Source of the DNA: Styela clava
Lineage: Eukaryota
Reading direction: 5' to 3'
Length of the DNA: 64,000 bases
Assembly (NCBI RefSeq): GCF_964204865.1
Contig: NC_135252.1
Span: forward strand, 3,224,001-3,288,000
Shown: in pieces, positions 12,148-25,319 of the stretch
Layout: every line of letters begins with the position of its first letter
Position numbering within the stretch: the stretch's first letter is position 1
The notes under the pieces: model-generated
The model's input: only the letters and a program-made list of their open reading frames with translations
What the model was told of the DNA's origin: nothing
Database searches by the model: none
Program-made: the position numbers and the translations under genes

Positions 12148-15100
12148 ATGCTTATATGTTTCTCGTCATCAGCTTTGGTGGGCAGAGTTTGTCGTTAAAA
12201 TGTGATCGCGATCGTTTAAAAAAGTTTATATATTTTTATCCAAAGCAATAAATATGATTTAACTTCAATAGCTTGGTGCTTCTTTGGCTAGTCGACGCGT
12301 GGAGGAAAAACGCTGCTTCATTATCACGATATGCCAATACATTTCTCTAATGAGGTGGCTTCCAACATTTTTTCAAGCAACCCAAATTTTTTAAATAATA
12401 GTTTTTGTAAAATCTCGCGAACCAAGGATACTAAACGGCATGCAGTTACGTGGCATTACATAAGCAAAATAGATGTTGCCAAGTTTTTCCGCTTCTTTAT
12501 TTCCCACATATACAATTACTGCTGAGCACAAGTCAATACGAAATAAACAATAAAATTTACAGGGAAATAAACTGAATAATAGTAATTCTTTGTTAGAAAC
12601 AAAGCGACCCGAAAGGATTTCAGAAGACCCATTTTTTGGTCGCGATCAATAGGTTCGGAAACACTGCTTTAATGTTCATTTATTTCAATTTTATCTGGCT
12701 TTCAGATACTTCTCGTCCAAGCTATCACAGCCGAATATGATGTTTATGACGAAGAAGTTGTGTCAGACTATTATGGAGAAAATAATGAATATCATGGCAA
12801 TGAATATGGAAGTTCTGATATTTATGGCCAAGATTACAATGTAGAAAATAGACAAGGTTCAAATGATTTTAACGAACAAACAACAGCAACTTCGGCGATT
12901 GAATACCATTGTAAGTTTATATATATACTTATTGTTAACAACAAATATCTTGGAAAGTATTTTTAATAGAAAATTGGCTTGAATCATGTATCAGTATCCC
13001 GTATCAGAATGGCCCAGATGGTTAAAACGAGTGTCTACAGAAATAAAACTATCTAGAAAAAGAAAATGAAAAATACGATACACATTCAAAAATAGCTCAA
13101 GGAATTGATGAGATTGCGGTTAATTTAGTTTTGGCACGAGACTTATTGTTTTCCACCTTTGCTTTTTAACACTGTAAATATTGTTAATAAAATGTAACTT
13201 TTTACGTCACACTTACATGGCCCGCCATACAAGGTGGGCAGGGTGGCCCTGGTTAAAAAAAAAATTGCCCACCCCTTGCTCTATACTGTGATAGAATTTA
13301 TGTTGCATCCATGTAATATTTGGTTTATTATGTTCTTTAATAAGAGCAAGTAGTTTTTATGACTCAAATAGAACCATGCCTTACAACAAACAGCAACTAC
13401 TGGCACTCAAGGTTATAAATCTCCAGAACGAACGCCCACGTAACAGCTTCGAATTGATGTAATAATACCTTCCACTGTTTGAAATTTATTTCGTATGAAC
13501 CTTCATACACACAAATGAGTAAAATTCGTAGTAGGCTTAATCCCGCATATAGTGAATGTTCACAAAATACGATTACAAACTCTCAACGGTACTTTTTCTG
13601 TCTATGATGGTATCCAAATTGTGTCCCACGCAATTTAATTGCATTTTACATCCGCATATTGTGTAATCCTCATACTGTATCCTCAATTTACAGACAACGA
13701 AAACAAAACCATCAACAAAGTACATCAACATCATGATGCATTGATTGCTCTTTATGGTTCTGAAGAATCTGTATTTTCGTTTGTTTATCGCAATCTTCGT
13801 AATCCCGATTACTTGAAATTGTACAAGGTCAAACTAAACATCAAAGAAACTTTGAATGACCCTTCAAAATGTAAGTACGAATTTGCATAATATTTGTAGG
13901 AGAAATGGCATTTATTCATGGTTATTTAAATAAAATACTGATCAATTGGTACGATCCATATTTACGCAAATTGTTTCCGAATATCAACGTCGCCAATTTG
14001 ATGAAATTTATATCAGTTCTCCAAACCTATAGGTCGCGATCCAAAGCTGGGTCGCCTGAGAATTTTTTGGGTTCGTTGGGTTTTTTAAGTTTTTTCAACA
14101 AAACCCCAAAGGATATTGATTTTATTTTCCAGTAAATCTTATTGTTTAATTTGTATTCGGTAATGAAATGTTGCTCAATAATAATTGTATATTTAGTAAG
14201 TAACAGAGCGTAAAAACTTGGAAGCATCTTTTTTGCTTAAGCAAGTTTCAACAAATCGCCGTTGGAAAATAAATATTAACATTGAAATATTGATATATCA
14301 ATAAGGAAATAAATGTCATGTATAAATGATTTTTTTTTTGTTTGTTTTTGTATTAGAAAATTTAACTTTGCCGCCATAGAAGCATTAAATTCCGAAAAAA
14401 GCATTAAAGTCACGAGATTTTACAAAATTTAATTTTTTTTACAAAATTTAGGCCAATTGAGGGCATTTTATTGATGAAAACCTGACACTATCTTTTTTCC
14501 AGCGTCAGAACTCAGTTCAACGCAGATTGAGGAACTTGGGCAGGTGATAGATATTCTTAACCAACGAATGTCAGAACTTGAGAGTGTCGTTCCACAATCA
14601 TGGCTTACAAAAACAATGGCAGAAGAAGGGTAAGTAATATAGGGATGCTTTGTTGTAAATGTCAAAGGAAGGTCGAAAATATTCAAAAGTATCGATTTGT
14701 TTCATTACTCCAATGAACTATACTTTTCGATCAACCGTACATTGAGCGAGAATTCATTTAAACAGTCATAAATAGGACGAGGAGGAAAACACACCAAATA
14801 AGTTAATGACGAAGCTCCAAGTGGCCGCATGGACAAATTAGAATTGATGAAATTTTGTTATTCATTGATAGGGATCGGCTGAATGCAGTTTTGTCTTCCA
14901 AGCAAGTTTACCGGGATTTGAATGAAATATTGTCCAAAGTAATTGATGGAGAATGGAGGTGTAACATTGGATATCTAGTGCGATTATGGAAAGACGTTGT
15001 GGACACACACAGAAGTGATTGCGATTTACAAAATCAATGCAATGATGACGACCTTCATACCGCAATTGAAGGAGTTGTCAACATTGTGATGGCAAGTTCA

Positions 15101-18100
15101 TTATCAAAACCTTTACTTCAATACAAACCGTTACATCAAAATGGGTATATTAGTAAATTTTAAAATAATTATTTTCTCAGGCCCTTGAAAATGTTACGAT
15201 CCATCGCGGATTTTTTGTTGATCCTGAGAAGGTATTTGCAAGAAATAAATTCCGCCTTATATACATGCTGTCGCAAAATAAAAACAGACAATACGCTACA
15301 AAAATAATTGGAAGCGTTCAAGAATTAGAAGATTTGATCGAAGATATCATGTGCAAAGAACTAACGTGAGTAAAGGGTCTGTGCAACTCCTAATCACTTT
15401 TGAATCGTGGTCATAATCATGATCAAATAAACCACTTTTAAAATATTTTTAACAACTCTAAATTATAACATAGACACACAAAGAAGGTCGTATTTCCTGA
15501 TGCCCTTATATACGCCATTTCGATGAATTTGTAACTCGAACCTAATCGAGTAGGCCTATCTGATTGGAATCACCTAGCTCAGTGAATAACTCCTGTTTAG
15601 AGTATACAAACATGTTCAAAAATTAGTCTTAATTTAAAAAAGGGCGCTCCAGAAGTGTGTGTACCAATATAAAGATATTGTTAACCGATTTTGTTCGCCT
15701 ACTTTACATCAAGTTGTGTAAAGGGACTGAAGCCTATGAGCAGGGGGTATATTCACTTGGCTAACACAGACAGTCCCTGAACTCGTAACAGAACTAAAAT
15801 AAGGAAAATGTGAACAAAATAATAGCATAATCCTAACCTGGTACACGCACTACGGGAGTACCAAAAAAAGTCCCAATTATCAAATTAATTCTGATATACA
15901 GGTTGCAAGTTGTGGAAACTGTTCTTAAAAAGTTGACCAAATCAACCGCCAACGGATCCACCCAATCTCCATTTGGAACTATGATCTCAAATACCGACGA
16001 TATGTTAACACTTGTTGATATTCAAACTACGCTTGGAGATGTAACAAAAGATGTCACAGCATTTTATAACGATGCAGGCAGCGTTTTTAGAGCAGCACCT
16101 TCTCTGTTGGGCCAACATATATTGGAATCTTACATGGACTTAGTAAACAATGCGGTTAACATCAATTCAAGTGCCATATGGGCCCAGGTAGGAGAATTCA
16201 AGATGTTCTTACGATTTGGCAAGCTTTTTACATGGACTGAAGTCGAAAAATCGAAGAGTTCAAATATTATAATTTAATATTTCGTATATCAATTATCAAT
16301 AGACTTGAGCTGTACTGCCTTCCAGATCAGGTCACAGGTCAAACGCGTAAATGGATGTATATACATTTCAATGGACTCCCCTCTTCAGTTCAGATTTCGA
16401 TAATATATATAGGCTATACAATAAGAACTATTCGTAGCTTGGTAAATTTATAATACGGTACAAAGTAAATTCACGCACATTCATCATACAAGAGTCATTT
16501 TATATCACAATATTTAGATGTCCTTGGATGAAGTCAGTGAGAAATTGCATCAAATGTTGTTGACTAATGAACGCTATGTCGGAACTGTATCAGACGTCAT
16601 CCTCAGCGAGAAAGCGAATGCAAACGAAAAAAATTACACTTTAGAAAAAGATTCTCTTTCTGTTAGCATATCTCGTGTAGAATTTCAGCGTGAGTTGAAG
16701 CTCATTTTTTCATTTCATACATATTTGCCGGTGCTCCTGAAGTATGCGCACCAAGATGTCGCACAACCTGAACTATAACCTGGTACACAACCTGAGTTCA
16801 GGTTGCGCGCCATCTTGGTGCGCATACTTCAGGAGGCCCTATTTGCCAATATTTTTTCAACCACCTTATATGATTTGACGACGTTGTACGCTACAGTACA
16901 ATAGGCTTATTTTGTATGAATTATTTTTCCAACAGAAAACTCAGAGACAATTGCTCAGTTTAAATATGATGACACATTCATTTGGACAGATGATATTGGC
17001 ACTCTCAATCGTTCGGAAGGAGAGAATCTGAAAGGTAATGCGAATTATAAATGGAAAGAAAATTCCGAAAACTTGTACATAATCAAATTAACACGCCTGC
17101 AACCTGCATTTGGGACCCTTCCGTGTGATCAAATTATGAGCGTTACACTTTCGCATTAAACAAGGCTCCAGGTAACGAGCAGCCGATACGTATGGATGCT
17201 ATTGTATTTTCAAAAAGACTTAATTCGTCGCAGACGTCTCAATCCATCCCACCAATGATGACGTAGAAGCCATAGGATTAGAACGAAATATCTTTAAAAT
17301 GCGATGACAACGTTTAACTAGTTTATTAAATCATCTATTATTTCAATTTAATTACTTGTTTTCAGTGTATGCTTTGCGATATAAATCATGGTCTCATATG
17401 ATTCGAGAAATATTGATAAAGCAATCGGAATTGACAACAAACTCTTCAGTGTTGGATGAAGTGGATATAGAAAACCATTCTCGTCATACAAGAAGTGTTG
17501 AACCTTCTACTGGAGAAATGACACAAAATAAATCGTTTATCGGTGAAGGAGGCGTGGTTTCGTTATCGACTAAGCAAAACGGAGTTAAACGATCAGTGCC
17601 AGTAACATATTGGTAGGTTAGCTCTTTATAGAAATTGCATATTGCACACAATGAGCCTTTTATACATACAGATATATGAAGCTCAAATCTAAAAATTTCT
17701 GGTTTAGCATAGCTTGCTTAAAAAGCTCTTCGTTAGGAGATTGCCCGAGAACGAATCCGATTTTATCGGTGTACGACGGCAACGTAATATATTTTGAATA
17801 ATACATAACGGTGGCATCATTTTTTGAGCAGTTATGTAGTTTTTTAAGTATTATATGTATTAACATAAATATCAACATAATTCAGTAATTATATGAAAAT
17901 TGCTCTCACCATTACTTTAATTTTTATTTTATTTGGAACCCACGTTGGTAGATATCCGTTGTCATAAAAACAATTTAAACATTTAAATTTCAGGATCAGA
18001 TTTGATGAAGAAACATTTTTAAATTTAACGGATTCATCTGATAAATCAAATTCACAAGTCTGCCTATCATGTGAATATCTTGAAGCAGAAACAATTTCAT

Positions 18101-21100
18101 GGAAATCGAAAGGTTGTCACGTGGTATCCGCTGATAAACAAGGAGTTACATGTAAATGTAATCACACAACAAACTTCGCAGCTTTTATGATGCCAGCCGA
18201 AACGATGTTTGATATGACAGAACAAGAATCATTGGTACATTTTTATACTATAGTCGTTTATAAATTGCGAAATAACATGACATTCAAAATAATAAAATAT
18301 TGTATTTTAGATATTTGATACCATTTCAATCATCGGATCAGCACTTTCTGTGGTTGGATTATTGGCCTCTCTTACCATTTTTTACTTGGTCCGACATCTT
18401 GTCCGGAATGAACGATTCAAAGCACACACTAACCTTTCATTGGCTCTTTTGGGAGTTCATATCTTATTTGTAAGACATTCATGTGTTGTAATTAGTTGAA
18501 AGCAATGTAACATTTTTGTAACATATTATTTACATGTTTTCTTGTAGTTGATGGGTGATATTTTTCTAAAGAACAATACAGTTTGCGTGATTTCTACAGT
18601 GTTGACACATTACTTTCTTCTAGCCTCGTTTATGTGGATGCTAGTAGAAGGAATATTTTTATACTTATACGTAGTCCAGGTACAACATTTTAAGATTTTT
18701 ATTCTATTGAGTGCTTGAGTGCTACGTGCAAACAGTAATACTGTATATACCTATTTCTTCTCCTACTTTTTTAAGGTCTTTATGCGATCAAAAATTGCAA
18801 GCTACAATTGGATGTATGCCGTAGGATGGTTAATTCCAGTACTGATTGTGGCAATTGCAGCCGGTTATGGAATTCCACATGACTTGTATGTTATGGAGAT
18901 TGCCGAGAAGAGAAGTGAGGTCGAAATTACACCCCAATGTCCAGAAGGCACAATGCCTTTTCCACCAAGAAACGAAGGGAAAGTTACAATCAGGGACTCT
19001 GGTAGGTTTATGTACTATTTTTGATAATCAATTTTGCGCCATTGAAGCAGATTAGTACTTAATCTCAATTTTAGTAAAATAATTTTTGTTGGTATCCATT
19101 CATTTTCAGGTGAGCAGAAATATGAGAGGTGCTGGTTGAGCACTTCAAATTGGATGATTTGGAGCTTCTTGATACCAGCAATATTAGTTTTGGTTTTCAA
19201 TAGCATTATAATGTGCAAGACTCTTCATGTAAGTAGCACAATATGCATGAAATTTTGATGGTTCAACAGTTAAATACATTAGAAAACAATCTCTCGCTTT
19301 TAGATTTGTGTAACGAGTTTGAAAACTTCTTCAAAAATACGATCAAGAAATAAAATGTACAACAATGGTTCGAAGTCCAGCCCTCCACGTTCATCTTCAT
19401 CTTCGAGGTATGCTTCTGGTCAAGCATCATCGATTGAAGAACAACAACATTTTGGAACATATGATCGATTACACGGCCAAGCCGGTAACGGAAAGACAAC
19501 GCCTACAAGAGTGCCTATTGTTGTATCTACATCTCCTTGTCTTTTACAGGTAACAACAGAGGAGGAAGAGTGTAAGCAGGGAATTAACGGTGAGTATTTT
19601 TAGATCATACTGAATGTCACTGATTATACCTACTGATCATTAATAGGACTCAAAACCAAACAAGAATCAAAGTCAGAAAATTTCTGGGACACTGATACCG
19701 ATCGACAAAATGTCACTCATTAGTAAAAGAGAGCAATGCTCAAATATATGGACACGCAGAACAATTCCCCAAAAATCATATGCGGTGACCAACGACTAAC
19801 ATACCGGCGGTGACTTACCAGTACCTGTATCGGGGTACCGTGACGGTACAGGGACTGTCATGGATATTTTAGGTCCTGTGACAATTGAAACATCAGTTGA
19901 AATATCTCGTGATATGGGTCAATTATGTACCGTATTATCGGATCAGGTACCGAACCACAGTCAAACATTTCACATAAAAACGTTACTAAATAACATGCGT
20001 CAACTTAACACCAGCCGAATCGGGGTACAATTTTTGGTACAGTGACTGTCATAGCCGTTTAGGGCTGATGGACAATTCGACTACACGGACAACTCACCAG
20101 GCCTAGGGTGGTGTAGCCAGTCTGCGGACAATTTCATTCAAACCGCTATAAAACAAAAACCAATATATCTAACCCGTTAATTTTTTCACCGTGGGTGCAT
20201 TGGCGGCATTTATTCTACACGCTAAACCTCGTATTAACTTTCTACGACAAAGGGTTAAAGCTATACAAATCCCCAAAGTACGGCACTCGAAAGACGTATT
20301 TGCGACCGAACGACCAGTGTGCGACCACGGATTTCAAGCCTTGATCATCGTTTCTGTTGCGTCGAGACTATCGCATACGCAGCCATACAGCAATCAGACA
20401 GACAAAACACGGTGGTCGCAAATTGGTTGACAATTGTTGGTATTGTGACAGCGTGAAAACATTGGGCTTCTAATTGCATTTCTGACCTTCATATATTTCA
20501 AGAACACGGTTATTTCGAACAAAACTCGTTAAATTATAAACAAAGCACCCCATCACAGCAATCAAACAGACGAAAACACGGTGGCCGCAAATTGGTTGAT
20601 AAAGATATTATCGACGTATCGGAAATGCACACCCCCTATTCCCCATCCTTCAAATGTAGAAACGCGAAACTTTCAAATATGGTTAAAAGAAACACAACTC
20701 TACCCACCTGCCAAGTTTCATCTTTTTATTTCTCATATTTGTATGGATTTTCAAGCTTTTGACAGCTACGAGTTAGTTCAGTGTCACCGCGCTGTGTTAC
20801 GGTACCAGAACTTCTCTATCTTTAGAAGGTCCTGTCTTGTGACAGCGTGAATTGAAATTGCAAGATGGTCCGTTGGACACAAAATGACGTCCGATATCCG
20901 CAGAACGTTTAATGACGTCATAGCAAACAAAAACAAATCTTACAGAGCTAACAGAAATATTTGAAATAAATAAAAGTAATAGCCTTCTGGAGAAAAATTT
21001 CATCTTCAACCACTGAAAATTTCGAAGCAATTAGTCCAGTAATCAAAGAGAAAAGCGACTTTTTAAAAACGTGTCAAAGAACAAGAACAAGAACAAGAAC

Positions 21101-22138
21101 AAGAACAACAACAACATAATATTGAAACGATCGTTATGTCCACTACGTGTCCAATAAAAGCTGTTTAGTGACAGCAAACGTATACCAATTGCATATCGAC
21201 ATATTTTAGATATCAAAGAAGACGACTCTGTCTCTTCAACGGAAAGCTTAGCTGTTGCGTTCAAAACAGAATCACTGCATCCACACAGCAACGATAACAA
21301 AGAGGTTTCAGCACCAAGATTCCAAACTGTAAGCGGAGATTCGACAAGGTATATTTTAAAGCAGCCTGATACGTTTTTAGTTAAACTGATCTATTTTGTA
21401 TCAAGCAACATTGATTCTTTTTTTTCAGGCTTTACAATAGCCGAACATCGGTGATGTACAGAAACTCAGTTAGCTGTTCTCCTAAAGTAAAAGTGCGATC
21501 ACCATCGTTTAACAACAAAAATGCCCCATTGGAATCTACAGACAAGTATCATTTCTTTCAGGATGCTAAAACAGCGGTCAAAGGTAAGATTACTTTCACA
21601 GTATTTATACACCGATATATGCGAATGTTGATGCGTTTCTACTGCGATCGACAGAACTTAATTCCGATCTCGCAGAGTTGATTGGCGCATTTAGGATTGT
21701 AGGCCTGTTCTACCACAGCAATGAAATTTGACTTGTTTTTATTTTACTTTTTTATTATTTACAGGCGCTCTAGTACTTCTTCCCATACTGGGCGTTCCGT
21801 GGGTGTGTGGATTTCTTGCTCATTTCTCTCAAGTGTTCACAATGCTTTTCATAATTCTCAATTCAACGCAAGGCATTGCAATATTCATAGTATATTGCCT
21901 TTTCAACGGAGAGGTAATCTGATTTAGTAAGAAACCGCTTTATTATTTGTTTGTTGCCTTTTATGCTTGAAGTGTTTTTTGTGATTAGGTGAGAAGAGCG
22001 ATTCATAGAAGACTGGAAAAACGAAATATGAAATATGCTGTCGACAACGGAAGACGTAGAACGAGCAGTACAAGTACTGTCGCCCGTAGCTTTCTTAGAT
22101 TTGGACGGAGACGGAGCACTGTAACCACAACAGCATGA
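12148..22138 (+). CDS. Adhesion G protein-coupled receptor (GAIN/GPS + secretin-like 7TM), ~1167 aa, 20 exons
   Basis: Exons 12148-12177 (least certain), 12706-12910, 13694-13870, 14503-14629, 14872-15091, 15181-15365, 15902-16187, 16518-16689, 16936-17034, 17366-17612, 17994-18234, 18311-18469, 18548-18679, 18776-19001, 19110-19228, 19304-19589, 21210-21348, 21429-21583, 21765-21913, 21989-22138; all phases compatible. GPS WKSKGC...TCKCNHTTNFAAFM; 7TM motifs HTNLSLAL, HYFLLASFMWMLVEG, GWLIP, CWL, LLPILGVPW, NSTQGIAIFIVYCLFNGEV. Confidence 0.93.
13120..13280. mobile_element. hAT MITE fragment, same family as 30128-30410 and 62015-62310
   Basis: Shared block TTTAGTTTTGGCACG...AAAATGTAACTTTT...CTTACATGGCCC. 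Confidence 0.65.
15643..15862. mobile_element. Merlin-like MITE (long subfamily)
   Basis: Termini GGCGCTCCAGAAGTG ... CACTACGGGAGTACC; flanks TAAAAAAG/AAAAAAAG. Homologous to 33609, 40776 and 60019. Confidence 0.8.
16730..16839. mobile_element. Merlin-like MITE (110-bp hairpin subfamily)
   Basis: Long TIRs GGTGCTCCTGAAGTATGCGCACCAAGATG ... CATCTTGGTGCGCATACTTCAGGAGGCCC; perfect 8-bp TSD TATTTGCC. Confidence 0.88.
19725..21157 (-). mobile_element. Helentron/DINE-1-like (HINE) non-autonomous element, family 1
   Basis: On the minus strand: 5' TTGGACACGTAGTGGACATAACGATCG, a (GTTCTT)n microsatellite, inverted sub-terminal repeat CGTGTCC, 3' stem-loop GAGCATTGCTC and T-rich end. Ends are near-identical to 31503-31738. 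Confidence 0.75.
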
Positions 22139-22480
22139 AACATCACAGTCAAATTCGCAACTTGTAAATAAATGAGCATTTTGCCAAAACGCAAACGTCA
22201 TATGACCACTTGAAAGTGGGATGACATAGCTACGATATATGGCCTTTTTTCTACTTAATTGTATTATAAATGTATTTGCATGCAAGTTGTTTTCCTTTTT
22301 ATATTGCTGAAAGAAAGATGGTTTGATTTATTGATCAGCTACACAAAATGTGTATTGCAAGTCATGTATGTAAAGACTTTTTCACCTAATGATTTTGAGC
22401 GGCCTCGCCCTAAATGAAAACAATTATTTTTGTTGTGCAAAACCAATATTCTATAAGGAAGAGAAATCAATAATCTAGGC

Positions 22481-23924
22481 CAGGGGTCACCAAACTTTTT
22501 TGACCGCGGGCCGGGTATGACTCAAATTGTGTTGAAACGGGCCGGATGAATATTTTTGTCAATGCAATACAATAAATTCACAAATGTTGGGAATATCGCA
22601 GATTATAGATCGAGAACATCCTAGGAAAAAAAATTAACAAGATTTCTATATCTAGACAACTATCCTGAGTTTAGCTGTTATCAAAACGTTGCTGTCATGA
22701 ATTAGAATTGTTACAAAATCCGCGGCAAAAAATGTACGCATCACGTCTGCTAAGTACCGTTACGCCGTGTTGAAATACCGCTCATAAAAACGACTGCCTG
22801 CTGTAGCTTGGATTTCTATGAAATTTTGACATATTTTAGATAAAATAAACAACTATTATCTGGTATTTGAATTTTTTCATTAGCGCACAGATTTCCCAAC
22901 ATTCGACGCTTTCAAAAATTACGCTCCAGTTATACGTAGTGAAAATTAATGATATTGTCTATGGACACCAATAAAATTTATATGGACGTGTGTATTTCTT
23001 GTCTAACTTGATACTTACCAATTTTTATGAATTTCGTACAATCAGAACATCGTTAATTATTACCCACAATGAACCACTGTCAAACTATCATGAACAACTC
23101 CAGCGTTTATTTGCGACGATCTTCCGGCGGTGTCAATGACCGTTGCCAGAATAAAATCCTGAAATAGTCTCAATATACCATAGATGTGACGCACATCGAA
23201 AGATTAGTGATTGATATGTGTTATTTTTCCATATTCAGTACAGTTCTTATCAAAAAAGTAATACAATCATTATGGAAAAAATTGGCTGTCGGGCGGTACT
23301 AAAATTCCGATATCTCCGTTATTTCTTGACCGTTTATTCCAAACTTGGTATTGTTTTCTATTTTTACTCAGATCTTTCCACTGGAGCAGTTTTTATTTAA
23401 ATCGGATGAACTTCAATTTTTTTGTAACATACCTACATGAATATCCGCATTAAAGCAGTACAAAAGTTAGTGTGGCTTTTGAAATTGGAGCAGTACGCGA
23501 GGGATTACAGTACTGTTAGCACAAAATGAGCATTCGACGTTTATTTTAGCACGAAAAACAAACAGTTTCGTCGAAAGCAAGCGCCACGAGTGTACAAGTG
23601 TATCTCAGAAAACGTTACGTACTGGTAGCATTCAAAGTCGCAAAAACGAAGTTTTGTTTACAACCACGACTGAAAATCTGTCAGGGTGACAAAAGTGTAT
23701 GAGCGGATGCGGAAAGGCCTATTATTACGTCAATTTTCTGCATCTTGCCGATTGGCCAATGTTACGAAATAAACAAGGAAGACGATGCTCGTGAAAATCT
23801 TTCTTGGAAAAAAATTTAGCCATTTTTGCGCGTTATTGCGGACCTGATAAAATGACGCCGCGGGCCGGATAAAATGACGTCGCGGGCCGGATTCGGCCCG
23901 CGGGCCGTAGTTTGGTGACCCCTG
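22481..23924. mobile_element. hAT non-autonomous element (1.44 kb)
   Basis: Perfect TIRs CAGGGGTCACCAAAC/GTTTGGTGACCCCTG; perfect TSD ATCTAGGC; subterminal GCGGGCCGGAT repeats. Confidence 0.93.
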
Positions 23925-24599
23925 ATCTAGGCCTACATGTCACAAATTACATAAACGGATATCGGCTATTCGCGAAAGATTAAATGAGTCATCTAGTCGA
24001 CAGCTTGCATCCGAATTCAGGCAACAAATATATCGATAGAACATGTCAATAATAAAAATTACTAAATTGAACATAATCGTACAAGACGAAACAAAAAAAA
24101 TTTGAAATAAACTACGGAGTACCACATTGACAATGGAATATTAAACATTTACTCGGTTAAAACAATCAAAGAAAACAGAGGAAGAACAAAAAAAATCGAA
24201 TTAAACTATGAGATGCCAGAAACCCACAATTATAAGTTATTGGATACTATAGAGCAACTGCGAAACTTGTAAATAGGACAACATGAGCTCAATGAGAACG
24301 GAACACAACAAAACAGTGTAAATATGACATATTATTACAAGCATACGATGTACGCCAAGATGGCGTGCCCAGAGTCAAGCGTTTGGGTGGGAGAGTTGAT
24401 ATTCGACGAATATCTCTTGTTGAAAGAGATTATTACTGGCTCATCAAAATAGTACAGGATGAAGAGTAAGTTTTGCAAAATTCATGGCTTGGTTGAAAAT
24501 GATAAAACAAGAGCAGTACACGAGTAGCAGACAAAAGCAAATGACAAGCCTCAACGCGTATTGTTTTAAAAGGGTAAAGGAGCTATAACCCAGCCTACT

Positions 24600-24755
24600 T
24601 AATGGAGCAAGCGGGTATATTAAGTAACACAAGGCCTAGCACTTACTGGAATTCTCTCCCCTTAAATGAAATACTCTTCCCTTAAACTTGAAGACGTTAA
24701 GTCCAAAAAATCTTTTCAAAAACAAGTTAAGTTTCATTTAGTTTCCAAATGTTAA
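24600..24755 (+). mobile_element. Decayed LINE (CR1/L2-like) ORF2 3' remnant
   Basis: Frameshifted QGPSTYWNSLP...SFQKQVK, resembling the RT-terminal GPxxWNxLP...SFKxxLK motif. Confidence 0.45.
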
Positions 24756-25163
24756 AAATTACTATTTGGAAACCAACATCTGGTGATGTTCGTTCACTCC
24801 ACACTTGCACATTGTATTGTTTTTATGAGAATGTTGGACAGCTATATTAAAATTGTTATATGTTACCGTAGCTTAGCCTGACCTAGTCTGGCACACAAGA
24901 AATGGTACTGTGACATGCGTGCTGTTTTTTTCTCTTTTTTAACAAGGTAGCTGGAAGTATTTTCTTTGAATAGCTGTTCGCTTTATAACCCTAATGCGCA
25001 TGTCTCTCACGTTTTTCTTCATGTGAGGTCATTCTTAACATAGATGCATGGTTTTATGTTTGATTGGGGGTATAAGGGTTGTAGATAGTATAATATAGTT
25101 ACTGCAAGGTTACTAATTATTGCAACTAGGCGAGCAGAAGAGCTATGTTGAATTCTATCCTTC

Positions 25164-25319
25164 AACTATTGATTTTGGGTGAATTATGTCGTATAATTAG
25201 CGAGTTATTAATTAATTAGTGATGGGACACAAGGTGTCAATATGGAGTAAGAGCGCGGTTTTGGGGATACCCTAACTTTCGATCGATAAGTCTTCGGTCT
25301 CTGACCGATATTCTCGTTT
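25164..25319 (+). mobile_element. 3' fragment of HINE family 2
   Basis: ACTATTGATTTTGG...ATGTCGTATAATTAGC...TAATTAATTAGTGATGGGACAC...ATCGATAAGTC..CGGTCTCTG...CTCGTTT, shared with 47665-47970. Confidence 0.75.
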
